This document shows positions 1 to 12,500 of a DNA stretch of 64,000 bases, piece after piece. Origin of the DNA: Haliotis rubra (taxonomy: Eukaryota); assembly GCF_003918875.1 (NCBI RefSeq), contig NW_025765636.1:682001-746000 (forward strand), given 5' to 3'. The notes beneath the pieces are model-generated. The model did no database searches and had not been told where the DNA came from. It saw only the letters and a program-made list of their open reading frames with translations. A program made the position numbers and the translations under genes. Positions within the stretch are counted from its first letter, which is position 1. Each line of letters opens with the position of its first letter.

Positions 1-116
1 CCGGACCTTCACGGGGAGACAAGCATGGGTTACTGAAGGTTCATTCTAACCCGGACCTTCACGGGGAGACAAGCATGGGTTACTGAAGGTTCATTCTAAC
101 CCGGACCTTCACGGGT
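1..116 (-). repeat. 50-bp tandem repeat of the V-SINE-like head, runs off the window edge
   Basis: CCGGACCTTCACGGGGAGACAAGCATGGGTTACTGAAGGTTCATTCTAAC, about 2.3 copies. Confidence 0.85.
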
Positions 117-368
117 CAGGATTAAAGGTCAATCAATGCAAGAGATTAGTATTCTTCAGGTCGATTAATTTTGGCCCAACGGGCAAACAAAATATACACC
201 AGGTTTTCGCGTAAACAGTAAGTTTATCATCCTTACTTATGTTTTTATATTTCTAATGCACGACTTCAAAATGGCTAATGTGTATGGCCTCGGTGACCTA
301 ATTAGGTGCCGACTGGAATTAATAAGGAAATTGCAGCCCAGAGTAGGTTTCGAGTTCAGGATCGGGAA

Positions 369-572
369 CAGTCTGTCTCACAGTCCCTGAACCACATTAT
401 TTCCTTCTACGACCAACCCTTTCTGCCATTACAAATCTCTAGATGACGGTAATCTACATTTCATCAGTTCCAAATATCTGAGCTCTCCGGGGCTCCTTTG
501 CAGTTTAAATGGAATAATTTGTTTGCATCAGAATGTAAAAAAATATCTATTAAAAGACTAAGCGTTAGTCTA
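369..572. mobile_element. AcademH-like family copy, reverse orientation
   Basis: Homologous to 35435-35632. Confidence 0.7.
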
Positions 573-1457
573 ATTTAGTAAGGTGACGGAGGGAGGATGT
601 ACCAAATGAAAAACAACCTTTTTGGCTACTGAAATGCATTATGAAGCCAATCTGCGCTACACTGGTTAGCTCCGTCTAATCAGCGGATAGACCCCCTGTG
701 AGCGTCACATACAGAGTGAAGGTCATACCACGACTGTTCTGTCAATGCAAAACAATGGATATGAGTCACCCTATTTGTTGTTGGTCTCAAATAGAAGTGC
801 ATTTCCGTTAGACTAAAACACAACGGTGAATATTCCCTTGTCTATATATATACAACGATGAATATTTCCTTCTTGTCTATATAAATACAACGATGAATAT
901 TTCCATGTCTATGTAAATACTTCCTGTATCCTTCCTATGAAGACCACTGCCTGTACTCAAACTTTGATGGTTTATTGTGAATTCAACGATGTGTTTATAT
1001 GTGCATCTGTGTGTGTATTCCTTCGAAAAAAGTAATGGGGTATTTGTTTGATTTGAAAATACAGGAGCGTACACCAATGTTTGGCAAGTAGTGTAGGCGA
1101 CAAGAACATTTTCCGCAGAAATCAGAAATTAAACTTCAAAAGGCAGCATTGTGACAGTCATGAATCACGTGACCTGACGTGACAGCACGTGCCGGTGGTA
1201 GCATGTCAGATTTACCATTGTCACTCTGACTTGCATATTGTTTTCTTGGAACCAAATGCTTAAACGCCTTTAATCATTAAGGTAGTAACAGAAATGATCA
1301 TGCGACGGTTACATAATACTGAACGTTTACCTGCCATAGGCATGTTGAAGTTGGGGCGCTTCCACATCGTTGTCAGAAGCATCTGACATCAGTTGACTGT
1401 AGGTGCCATACACCAAACACATTTGTCGACGATGGTCGACGCCGTTCTGGACTACAT

Positions 1458-1693
1458 TTTGTTTTGTTTACGCCGCACTCAACAATATTACAGCTATGTG
1501 ACGGCGGTCTGTAAATAATCGAGTCTGGACCAGACAATCCAGTGATCAACATCATGAGCATCAATCTGCGCAATTGAGATATGATGACAGGTGTCAACCA
1601 AGTCAGCGATCCTGACCACCCGATCCCGTTAGTCGCCTCTTACGACAAACATGGGTAGCTGAAGACAAATTCTAATCCGGAACTTCACGGGTC
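1458..1693 (-). mobile_element. SINE family A (V-SINE/RUDI-like, non-tRNA head)
   Basis: Dispersed ~240-bp repeat; core GATCACTGGATTGTCTGGTCCAGACTCG; LINE-like head and tail. Confidence 0.85.
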
Positions 1694-2718
1694 TGGCAAC
1701 AAGTCCTATTAAGAACCTATTAATCACATGGATGTAATTTAGAAGTCGGTGACAACAGTACATTTACTCAAAACACCTTGGTAGTACATAACTGCATTCA
1801 ATAAAATAGCAGACGATCAAACAGAAATAAAGAAATTTTGATGATTAGTTTATTTTGTCGTAAAGAGTACATTTTAGAGATTGCCTCAGATTTGTTCGAC
1901 ACAGTCACATACTGTATAAATATGTTGCTTTATGAGTGCAATAACCTCGTTGGGATTCCCATTTCATCTCACCCCCACACACGAGGGTACCAACCTCGCA
2001 ACTCTAAGCAGACACGTAATTTGTCGTGGCATCCATTTTTAGAACTATTGAGTCATTACGGTGTTCTCAACTTGTACAGGGAAATGATATTAAAATATTC
2101 AATTGGAATGCGTACTTTTTCACATCCGTAGCGGAACACTGCAGGCATGATCTGCAGGCATGATCATTTTCTGGCGCCAGGAATTTACCTCTACAATGAC
2201 GTCATTTTCAGGAATCTATCTCCTAATTAGGACTTAGCTATCTCCTAATTAGGTGATACTATCTCCTAATTAGGACTTAATATCTCCTAATTAGGACTTA
2301 GATATCTCCTAATTAGGACTTAGCTATCTCCTAATTAGGACTTAGCTATCTTCTAATTAGGTGATACTATCTCCTTATTACTTAATATCTCCTAATTAGG
2401 ACATAGCTATCTCCTAATTAGGACTTAGTATCTCCTAATTAGGACTTAAGGATCTTATAAATATGTTTGAAAAAGTCAACCAGTAGTCATTCACTTCTTC
2501 TGTTTGGGTTAAGCATCTTGGATGAAGTCATTGATCAAAACATATGCATTTGTTTCATGTTTAGCATGCAGTATTCAGAAATTGTGTCTTGTTTGGCCCA
2601 TGTAAATGGCTTCATTATCAGCATGAAGACTTTAAAAAAGGAAATCAAAACGACTGAATCTGTGTAGGCGAAGACATACTAGTGAAGGAGGTAGAAGAGG
2701 TGGCAAAATCAGTGATTA

Positions 2719-3027
2719 CACAGTGCCATTTAGAAAGTGGTCAGATGTAACTTAGTTATATTTGGGATTACACTTTCTTAGTAAAGTACAAATTCTAGTT
2801 CTTTTGTTGGGTTGAGTCCCATCCGGGTTTCGAACCCACACCCTCAGAGTCAGGCACCTTATCGCCAGCGGTGGCTGGAAGTCGCGGTGGCTGAGCCGGC
2901 TGACTTTGTGTGCTGGCGATTGGATGCCTGATTCTGGGTTCGAATCCCTGATGGGACTCAATCCAACAAAAGTACTAGAATTTGTACTTTACTGAGAAAG
3001 TGTAATCCCAAATATAACATATGTTAT
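2719..3027. mobile_element. Inverted dimer of a tRNA-headed short element (copy 1)
   Basis: A box GGTGGCTGAG and B box GGTTCGAATCC; two copies with 5' ends central; interrupts the transposase remnant. Confidence 0.75.
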
Positions 3028-3880
3028 TGAAGAATCAGGACAAATATGTGGTTACAAGCTTATGCATCTGAAATGCACACAAGAGGGATTCGCTGTCAGT
3101 CAAGACACGGTGCGTCTTTGCTGCATTTAGTAGTGGTAGAAATAAGAGTACCAGAACACCCAACGCCAATGAAGTCACCTGTTCATTATTATTTATCCAC
3201 AGTGTCGCATAATCCATATAATCTATGAGATCAACAGTCACATTTTTTCACATCGTCATGTAAGCATTCCTTGTCATATAAACACAGTCCTTACTGTCCT
3301 ACGAATCTGTGACAGGCTACATACATAAGTCTTCCCAACTGAACAGAAGGCTGTCCCAGGTTTATACATAGTTTTACATATCGTGTAATGTCTGTCCACT
3401 TGTATCCAATAATATATTTCGAGTCTTAGCCTGTGCACACACGCCTGGCTATGTACAACAGACGTGACCTGTATAACTAGGTCAGTGGGTTAGTATCCTA
3501 CCTTTCACATCGTCTTGCACAACTATATTGTAAACCATGTTTATAAAAACAAACAAAACGTAATCACTAAGTTTTACAGTCATTTTTACACGTCCAATCA
3601 CAACAATTAATTTAATAGTAGTTCCATTAGCATTTCCCATATTACCCCATTTTATGCACTGATATGTTGTCGTCTCCCTTCAATGACAAGCGATATCTTC
3701 CCGAAGATGGTGTAACCAGTCTGGCCTATGGTCATTGGAGAATCAGAGAAGAGCCAATGAATGGAGGTATGAATAGCCCTGAACCTTGTTGTTCTGTCAC
3801 TGACCTTTGGAGGAGAAACATCAAGATGAATATCTGTTCTTTGTGTGGAAATACTTATACATGGTCTTATGATTTGAAGA

Positions 3881-4041
3881 CTGACTGACTGACTGAGTTT
3901 GGTTTTACGCCGCTTTTAGCATTCCAGTAACATCATGGCGGGGGACACCAGAAATCACACATTGTAACCATGTGGGGATTCGAACCCGGGTCTTTGGAGT
4001 GACGAGCCAACGCTTTAACCGCTAGGCTACCCCACCGCCCC
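3881..4041 (-). mobile_element. SINE family B (tRNA-derived, ~165 bp)
   Basis: A and B boxes, (CAGT)n tail, 13-bp TSD TATGATTTGAAGA. Confidence 0.9.
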
Positions 4042-4529
4042 TATGATTTGAAGAGACACATGAGAGTCAAACATTCTGATGAATGCCAAAGTGTGGTTCC
4101 ACTGACGCTGACGACGACGCAGCAGCAGCAGCAGACACAGCGACACCACCATAAACTAACTACAACTACACACACAAACACATACCACCACACACCGCCA
4201 CACGCTACACGCTACCACCACCCACCACCATCACCATCACCCACCACCACACACCACCAGACACCACCACACGGTAGAGAGATGTGTATAGTGTTTTTGT
4301 AGATTTCAAGAGACATTTGTATATAGATTGTAATGGTGGATTGGGGAGGCTCTCCGACCCATGCACGGGGATATTAAATATTGTGTATAGAAGTTGTATG
4401 TTGTCATTGTTTATTTCGCTCTATAAATGTGCATTTGTGCAGGCATGTGTCATTACACAAACGGACGACAATGAGTTTTTTTCAACATTGCGTCGGCCAT
4501 GCTATGGAGGAAACAAGGAATGCAGCAAA

Positions 4530-4830
4530 TGCAGCAAATGAAGCACCATGTCTTGACTGATAATGAATCCCTCTTGTATGCATTTCAGATGCATAAGCTT
4601 GTAAGCACACATTTGTCCTGATTCTTCTACCTCTTTCACTACGAACATAGCAACTTCTTCAATATCACTATTTTGTCTTCGCCTAAACAGATTCAGTCGT
4701 TTTGATTTCCTTTTCAAAGTCTTCATGCTGATAATGATGCCATTTAAATGGGCCAAGCAAGACAACATTTCTGAATAGTGCATGCCAAACATGAAACAAA
4801 TGCATATGCTTTCATCCATGACTTCATCCA
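4530..4830 (-). pseudogene. N-terminal fragment of an IS3EU-like transposase (second copy on + strand at about 2520-3128)
   Basis: YSEMLSCLAHLNGIIISMKTLKR..RLNLFRR..SGQMCAYKLMHLKC resembles, by recall, the helical N-terminus of eukaryotic IS3-like transposases; no catalytic core. Confidence 0.7.
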
Positions 4831-5291
4831 AGATGCTAAACCCAAACAGTTGAAGTGAATGACTACTGGTTGACTTTTTCAAACATATTTATAAGATCCT
4901 TAAGTCCTAATTAGGAGATACTAAGCCCTAATTAGGAGATAGCTATGTCCTAATTAGGAGATAGCTAAGCCCTAATTAGGAGATAGTAAGTCCTAATTAT
5001 AGTATCACCTAATTAGGAGATAGCTAAGTCCTAATTAGGAGATACAAAAATCTGACTGTGGCACTAGGACGCTTCCGTAGGAATCCCCATGTGTTTCGAA
5101 TAAAAGATGTCGATACACATAAATCACGCCAGGGATTGGTCTTCAGGCAGCCTATGAGAACGCGAGTATTCCCGGATGGATGGAATCATAACATAAACCC
5201 TATCTTGTTTCTATATTTTGCAGGATTTCCCGTTTCACAACGCATACCTATTGACCCCTAGCATTAATAGACCTCGGCATCACAGGCGTAC

Positions 5292-5527
5292 TGTGACGGA
5301 TATGTCAACCCGTCATGTGTATTTCTTACTAGAATATACGGGTTTTGCTCGGTTAAGTATGTTACTTGTCCGTTTTTTATGATGAAAAGGGAGGAAACTC
5401 CAGTTTTGTTGTGAACTGTGAGGTTGGCGCCATGTAACACTCACTGCGAATAAAGAAGAATGTTTAACTCCCCACAACGGGTTGAGGTTTATGTGTTCAC
5501 AAGTAAGACAGCAACACAGCTGTCACA
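5292..5527 (+). repeat. 5' LTR
   Basis: TGTGAC...GTCACA with internal AATAAA; differs from the 3' LTR at two adjacent bases by eye. Confidence 0.96.
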
Positions 5528-5531
5528 TATA

Positions 5532-5544
5532 TGGTGGAGATGCC
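5532..5544 (+). promoter_or_regulatory. Primer-binding site, tRNA-Ala type
   Basis: TGGTGGAGATGCC, 4 nt after the 5' LTR, complementary to the 3' end GGCAUCUCCACCA typical of tRNA-Ala. Confidence 0.75.
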
Positions 5545-5610
5545 AACGATCCCGATAAATTAAGTATGAAGGACATTGATTCACTCTGTTTACGTGAGTA
5601 AACCCTCCTT

Positions 5611-8410
5611 GTAGGGACCGCAGACCAAATTTTTAAATGTAAGGGATATTTTTTTGCCTATTTTTTTAGGTGTAGTAACCACTGAGAAGTAAAGCAATGA
5701 TGTCTCTTTTACAAAAATGTATGTACTTTAGCCTACAGAGGTCCCCCAAGCGGAACCGCTGACGTCACCCATTTTCGCATTTTTAAAAACAATTTTGGCC
5801 ACTCAACTGCTCCAAGGAAATATAAGTTTTCATGGAAAAAACTGTTCCAGTCTGTTGAGTAGAAGTTGTTGCATATTTCCCCAAAGTTTCCTATGAAAAT
5901 ATTCATAATTTTTTTATCTACTGGTATGTGTTTGCATGGAAATATCGCTGTGAGACAAAAACAGAGACAATATCAAGTCAAAAAATCATGTTTATTATCA
6001 TATTATATTTTCTTCTAAGCAATTATGCATATAGTATCACTGAATGTTGTCACTTTTAGTTCAGAATAAAATTTCTTCATCCTATTCATGTGTATTTACA
6101 TGCATTCAAGAACCAAAGTAAATTTTTTATCATGTTACTTTTAATAAGGTTTTCGGCCAAAACTACTTTTCAAAATTCCAGAAATACGTGAAGAAAATAC
6201 TTGAGTGTACAATAAAACATATAGACAAGACAGTTGCCATCACATCAGCACTGCTAAGACCAAATATATACACATGACATCAGCTTAGAATCATTGTGAA
6301 AATAATATGGACAAATACGTTTCAGAGTTTGAAACAGCTCAAATGAATTTTACCTTGATGCATTGTGTCATTTGCACTGTTCTTCAAACCCATGTGTTTC
6401 CAGTATCTAGCTACACTTTGTAATACATGTTATCATAAACAGTCATAGCAATCCTTTGTAAAAATATTTTACTATGTCGTAGGTACCACGATTTTACAAT
6501 CCACTACGACTCCACGTGGAGAGGAGTCGTATTACATACTTTCAACAGTTGCCACATTCGTCATGTGTTGCATATTATAAATTGAGAGAGAGAGAGGAGA
6601 GAGAGAGAGAGAAAAGACACCGATTTTAAACAATTCTTAATTTTCTCTACTAGATATATGCATTTTACGACACCATAATGGAGCTTTTAAATGTATCTTT
6701 TTATAATTGTGAATTGTGGTGGTCCGATTAATTGAAATAATCAAAGATTGGTTGCAATGACTAAACGACCAAGCAATTGATCATGTTTTCTCATAAGCGA
6801 ACACAAACAATTCTGGAACACTTGTTTGCATTAACAATATTTTTCACAAGGTTGGTTTCGTCTGTTACATTTCATAAGCACTACAAGTTCGTTCCTCATC
6901 ATCATTGAATTCTGTGCAATGTAGAAAATAAACCCAAAGAACTACATGTTTTTTTTCTAGATTTTTTGTGCATTAAAACATTAAAGCACACAGTCAGGAA
7001 GATTTGATAAACCAATTATTTTCGATGATTGATCGGTTGTAATGAATCAATCATCAATTATGAGATTGAAACCAATTCCCAACATTAATTGTGAATAGGT
7101 TATTGACATGTTATCATAGACAGTCATAACAAGTTTTCATAGTTATCTTCCACAGTATTTTCTTCGAGATGAGACATTCTTCAACCCTTGTAGCAGGAAT
7201 CTCTAAAACACAACTATTTCAATACAATATATAACATATGTATGTAATATAATGCAATAATATATGTGCATTCTTAGCAGCCAAACACTTGACAGTTCAG
7301 AAAAAACCTAAAGCACATAAGAGAAGATTAACTCTTAAAAGATTCAATTGTCATCTGACATTAAACATACATGCCCCCACCCCATTACCCGACAATATAT
7401 GGCTATCACTTAATTTTTGTTCAGTTTTTGTTTTTGTATATAAAAATGAAATTTTCATACATGCAGTAACCATTTATTAAAAACACTTTCATTAATTTGT
7501 TTGCAGATAAATCTGGGTTTAAATACTAAACCTCTATGCAATACATAACATTTCACAATTTATTAATGATCCTTCCATCATCATGATCATACATTCAATC
7601 TGGTTTTCAATAAATATAAAAGTCAGCTTTAAGTGAACACAGTTAAAACACATTATTATACACGCAAGTGTTACCACTATTTCAACACACTAAAATGAAC
7701 ATGTAATGAGCCTTGTCTTTGCTAAGGCACGGGGATTGTTTACATGCATATAGTTTGAAAAAGATCATACTCTGGTTACCATGGTTACTAAATTGCAATT
7801 TGTAAACACAAAAAGAGTGACAACTTCCTGTTCTTGCTCAAATACGATTACCACAACAATAAAAATGTTCTATGATCAGGAGAATCCAGGAAACGTGATA
7901 AACAAAGACGTTATTTATAAAAACTTTCGCTGTGAAAAAATAGCTGAATATCTGCGTCGACTTTACCCGCTTCATGTCAAGGGCAGATAACTCTAAATGA
8001 CCAAGGTACGCGAATCGCGGCAATGACACAAGAAAAGTTTAAGGTCTCATTTCAGTAAGTTATATACTTCCTAAAAATACCAAACTTTGTGTGTGTGTAA
8101 ATTAATGATTATATTAAGCGTATTTGCCCATACTTCAAGAAAATAAATATTTTTACAATATTTGGCATACATTTAAAAAAGAGCAAAGTTTAACTTACCG
8201 TGTGTCTTTATCTTTCGTGGTCAGATGCTAGTTTTGTGAAATACGCGCACTTGAACATGTGTACGACGCGACACCATAAAAAAAAATCGCATACATTTGG
8301 TCAAAATATGCGTTCTTGGACCTTAAACGTCAGCCTGTCCGTGACCCAAAATCGTCCGCAATTCTAAAAATAACGACACTAGCGCCCCTAGCGGCGGCTG
8401 CGGTCGCTAC
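5611..8410. mobile_element. Non-autonomous 2.8-kb DNA transposon nested in the Gypsy leader, superfamily unassigned
   Basis: 13-bp TIRs GTAG(G/C)GACCGCAG; 5-bp TSD TCCTT (5606-5610 and 8411-8415); AT-rich interior with no recognisable ORF. Confidence 0.8.
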
Positions 8411-8452
8411 TCCTTGCCTTGTATATCTTTGATTGCCGCAATTTTCCCGACC

Positions 8453-9515
8453 ATGCCGCCCAAGAAATCCAAACATCAAGAAATTAGCGATGAAGATATT
8501 GAAACATGTAAAACCACTAAGCCCTTTTCTGGTGTAGGCAATTTGAAACCGCATTGTTTTACCGGGGATGTGTCAGAAGACCCTGAACTATAGTTGGAAA
8601 AATTCGACGCATGGCGCCAACTGTCCCGCTTATCTGACAGTGATACACCAAATGTTTTTCGTCTCATGCTGGATGGGAGGGCAGTTCAGTGGTTCAAAAC
8701 CCTGTCGGAGGATGACAGGAAAATAGAAAAACTCTTTACCATCGGTTTATAACAAACTTCAAGAGTTCTCAACAACCTTGGTTGATTGAAAAACAATTAT
8801 TTGAAAGAGTAATGGGTGAGTGTGAACCACTGGAGGACTATATAAATGCCATCAAAACCAAATGCAGCACACTGTCTAAACCGGACGATGAAAAGATGCA
8901 TATCTTTGTAAGAGGCCTCTTGCCTCATTTAAGACTGACTGACTGAATTTGGTTTTACGCCGCTTTAAGCAATATTCCAGCAACATCACGGCGGGGGACA
9001 CCAGAAATGGGCTTCACAAATTGTACCCATGTGGGGATTCGAACACAGGTCTTCGGCGTGACGAGCCAACACTTTAACCACTAGGCTACCCCACCGCCCC
9101 GCCTCATTTAAGAACATTTGTAATTCAACAACAACCCACAACATGTCAAGCAGCCATCCAATCGGCTCGAATAGCAGCTGAATCTATCGCTTATGGGGGA
9201 AACAGCACCCCACAGGACCAAATCTCATTTACACTTAAAAAGTTAGAGGACCAGGTGAACAAGCAGGACCAGACTTTAGCAACCATGCTGGACCTTATCA
9301 TGTCCTTGAAGGGCAAACCCCAAGAACAGTGCCCTGTGAACATGGTGAATACCGTGACCTCATCCACAGTTACGTGTCAACTGTGTCTCGAACTTGGCCA
9401 CACAGCGAGAAATTGCCCCAAGTACATGAAAAAACCAATGGCGAAAGTAGTTTGTCGACGTTGCCAACAGAATGGTCATTTCGCAAGTCAATGCACTTCT
9501 AATCAGGAAAACTAA
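8453..9515 (+). pseudogene. Gypsy gag, disrupted
   Basis: MPPKKSK...FTGDVSEDPEL*LEKF...LDGRAVQWF with an in-frame TAG at 8591; SINE insertion 8935-9100; two CCHC knuckles at the end. Confidence 0.85.
8935..9100 (-). mobile_element. SINE family B inserted in Gypsy gag
   Basis: 13-bp TSD GCCTCATTTAAGA. Confidence 0.92.
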
Positions 9516-9552
9516 CAAAGTCCACCCAGAACGATGGGGCTCTAGGTGGACT
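9506..9552 (+). promoter_or_regulatory. Putative -1 ribosomal frameshift signal (gag-pol)
   Basis: G_GAA_AAC just before the gag stop, 6-nt spacer, stem AGTCCACC(C)AGA/TCT(A)GGTGGACT; pol is in the -1 frame. Confidence 0.75.
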
Positions 9553-12500
9553 CGGTGAAAACAATGATACCATTAAGCTATCAACGACTTCTTTACCTGT
9601 CTTAAAGAACTTTGTCCCAATTTCCATAGGTCAGAACAAACATTATGCCCTCCTTGACACTGGTGCAGATTTTTGTGTAGCAAAATATGAAACCATTGCC
9701 AACAAATTATTTCATTTTGCACCAATTCAGAAATCTGACAAAACATATATAATTACTGCAAGTGATGAAAAGGTAGAAATTCAAGGGACTGTTACTTTGC
9801 AGGTGAGATTTGGTCAGACACCATTAAATGTAAAGTTTTACCTTGTTCCAGGGTTGAACACAGAATTTATTTTAGGTCTGAACTTTCTGTCAAGTCACAA
9901 CACACTGCTTGATTTTAGCAACAATACACTGTCTATAGACCCTAGGAGACAGACTGTTGCAGCAGAAAATGTAACTATCCCTCCACGTTCAGAGATAGTT
10001 ATTCTTGCAAAGCTTAAAGGCAACCCTCTTCCCAACACTGTGTTAGGCATTAGTGAGACTGGAAATTGTGCTTATGCTGAAGCTGTTTTATGTGCCAAAG
10101 TGTTATGTCATGTACATGACAATCATGTATATCAGCGCCTAGTGAACTTGTCTGATGAACCAGTTGGAATTTCAAAAGGAACTTATATAGGAAAGTTTGT
10201 GTGTCTCAGCAAGGATGACAGTTTGTACTACCTTGGAGAAGAAGGTGTGGATGAACAAACCTTTAGCATAAACAGAGTTGCGAATGAAACTATACCTATC
10301 TCTCATCGTGATAAAGGTTCAGATAAAGCTTCTCAGTTCGTCAATCTTCCTCCAGACAACAGTGAGATAACCGAACATCAAAGACAGGACCGAACATCTT
10401 TGATTGATGAATACTCAGATGTGTTTGCTCTTCATGGTAAAGTTGGATCATGTGACATTATTACCCATAAAATTAGAGTGAAGCAGGAACAAGTTCCAAT
10501 TAGATCACGATCATACAGATTAGGCCCTCAACAAAAAGCTGCACTTGAAACATGCATCAATGATTTGAAGGATCAAGAAATTATTGAAGATTCAGTGAGT
10601 CCTTGGCAAGTCCATGTTTTCTTGTGACAAAGAAACAGAAGAACCAATACAGATTTGTTGTCGACTACAGGAATTTGAACTCTGTCACAGAGCTATTAGC
10701 CCATCCTTTGCCAACCACCGATGAGTGCCTTGAAAGTCTTGGTCATGCACAACCCAAGTTCTTTACCACCTTAGACTTACAAAGTGGGTTTTACCAGCTC
10801 ATGATCGACCCTGAGTCGAAAGAGTATACTGCCTTTAAATGTCATCTTGGACTATTCCAGTTTCGAAGGCTTCCTATGGGGCTCAAGAACTCTCCTGCCT
10901 TATTTCAGAGAGTGATTGAAACAGTATTGAAAGGCTTGACATGGAAGTCATGCCTTATCTATTTAGATGACGTCATCATCTACTCAAAAGACTTTGCTCA
11001 ACACATGACTCATATCAGAGAGGTTTTAGAAAGATTGCGGACTGCAAACCTGAAACTGTCTCCATCAAAATGCTTCTTTGGTCATAATAAAATACAGTAT
11101 CTTGGCCATATCGTCACTCCACAAGGCATTGCTCCAGACCCTGACAAGCTCTCTGCTATTCGTGAATACCCTCAGCCAACTACCTTGAAAGATCTTCGGG
11201 CATTCTTAGGTCTCAGCGGTTATTACAGAAAATTCATTGGTGATTATGCAAAACTTGCTCATCCTTTGAACCAGTTGACTAAGAAAGATACACCATTCAC
11301 CTGGACTACAGAGTGTCAAACATTATTTGAAAGTCTCAAGCAGAACCTCATGAGAGCACCTGTAATTGCATATCCAAACTACAATGCCCCCTTTGTATTA
11401 TACACAGATGCCAGTTCCTTTTCCGTTGGATCAGTTCTGTGTCAAGAACAGCAAGGAGTGGAAAGAGTCATTGCATATGCGGGCAGGTCTATGAACAAAC
11501 CTGAGCGAAACTACACTATCACAGAAAAGGAATGTTTAGCCGTTATTTTCGCGGTAAAGCATTTTGATTATCTGCTTCGACATGCTCAATTCACAGTGGT
11601 AGTTGACCATTCAGCGTTAAAGTGGTTGTTGTCTGTGAAAGAACCAACCGGTCGCATTGCGCGATGGGTAACATACCTTATGTCTTACGATATGACTGTT
11701 GTTGTGCGACCAGGAGTAATGCATGGCAACGCTGACGCCATCTCAAGACGAACATATTCAAATGCAGGAGAATCCCTGGAGAATGAGGAAGATGATCACT
11801 CTGTCCTTACCTGTGACGTTCCAGATAACACACCAGGCTCACCCATGATTCAACAACAATCATTGCAGGAAATCAAACAAGCTGCATCAAATGAGGTACA
11901 TGTCAATGTACTGGAAGCACGACAAGAAAACCCTGAACGTCTTGTGAAAGGAATTCCTGAAGTAGCGACAACTGGATATGCTAACTCTGCAGACACAGTG
12001 TGTTCAGACATTACACTCAACAGACTGAGAGTGGAACAGTGCAAAGATCCACAATATCAAGACATGATCAAATATCTGACAGATGGTGATCTTCCTGATA
12101 ATGAGAAAAAGAGACAAGATATTTTCAATACCTCCAGGTTTTATTTCCTACACAATGATATCCTGTTCCATGTGTGGATACGTGAGAATCGAAAAAGGAA
12201 AGATAGCATGGCCTGTATTCAGCTTGCCATCCCAGCTTCAATGAAGTCACTGATACTTAAAGAAACCCAACCCTTGCTGGTGGTCATTTCGGAATCGATC
12301 GAACAATCAATAAGGCTAGGTTGAAATACTTTTGGCCTCTGTGTGCAGATATTATGAAATGGGTGACTTCATGTGATGTTTGTAATCAACGTAAACGACC
12401 ATCACAACCAGTGCGAGCTCAGATTACACCCATAACTGCATCTGCTCCCTTCGAGAGAGTTAGCACAGACTTCCTTGGACCTCTACCACTGAAAACAAAC

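Larger units (their letters stand above)
2217..5079. mobile_element. IS3EU-like DNA transposon derivative made of two inverted 5' ends
   Basis: Palindromic TATCTCCTAATTAGGAC subterminal arrays at 2217-2450 and 4898-5045; right end reads TACGGAAGC on the minus strand; transposase N-terminal remnants on both arms; GGAATC on both flanks (2211-2216 and 5080-5085). Confidence 0.75.

Noticed and set aside
2719-2725. CACAGTG/CACAATG heptamer (also 40808) suggesting an RSS or Transib terminus
   Set aside because: No nonamer, no matching opposite terminus and no 5-bp TSD; it is the 3' extension of the tRNA-headed element.
4048-4302. His/Thr/Pro-rich ORF
   Set aside because: Low-complexity CAC/CAG simple repeat.
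8378-8398. CTCF-like motif near the transposon end
   Set aside because: One base short in the core (GCG-CCCC-TAG); not supportable.
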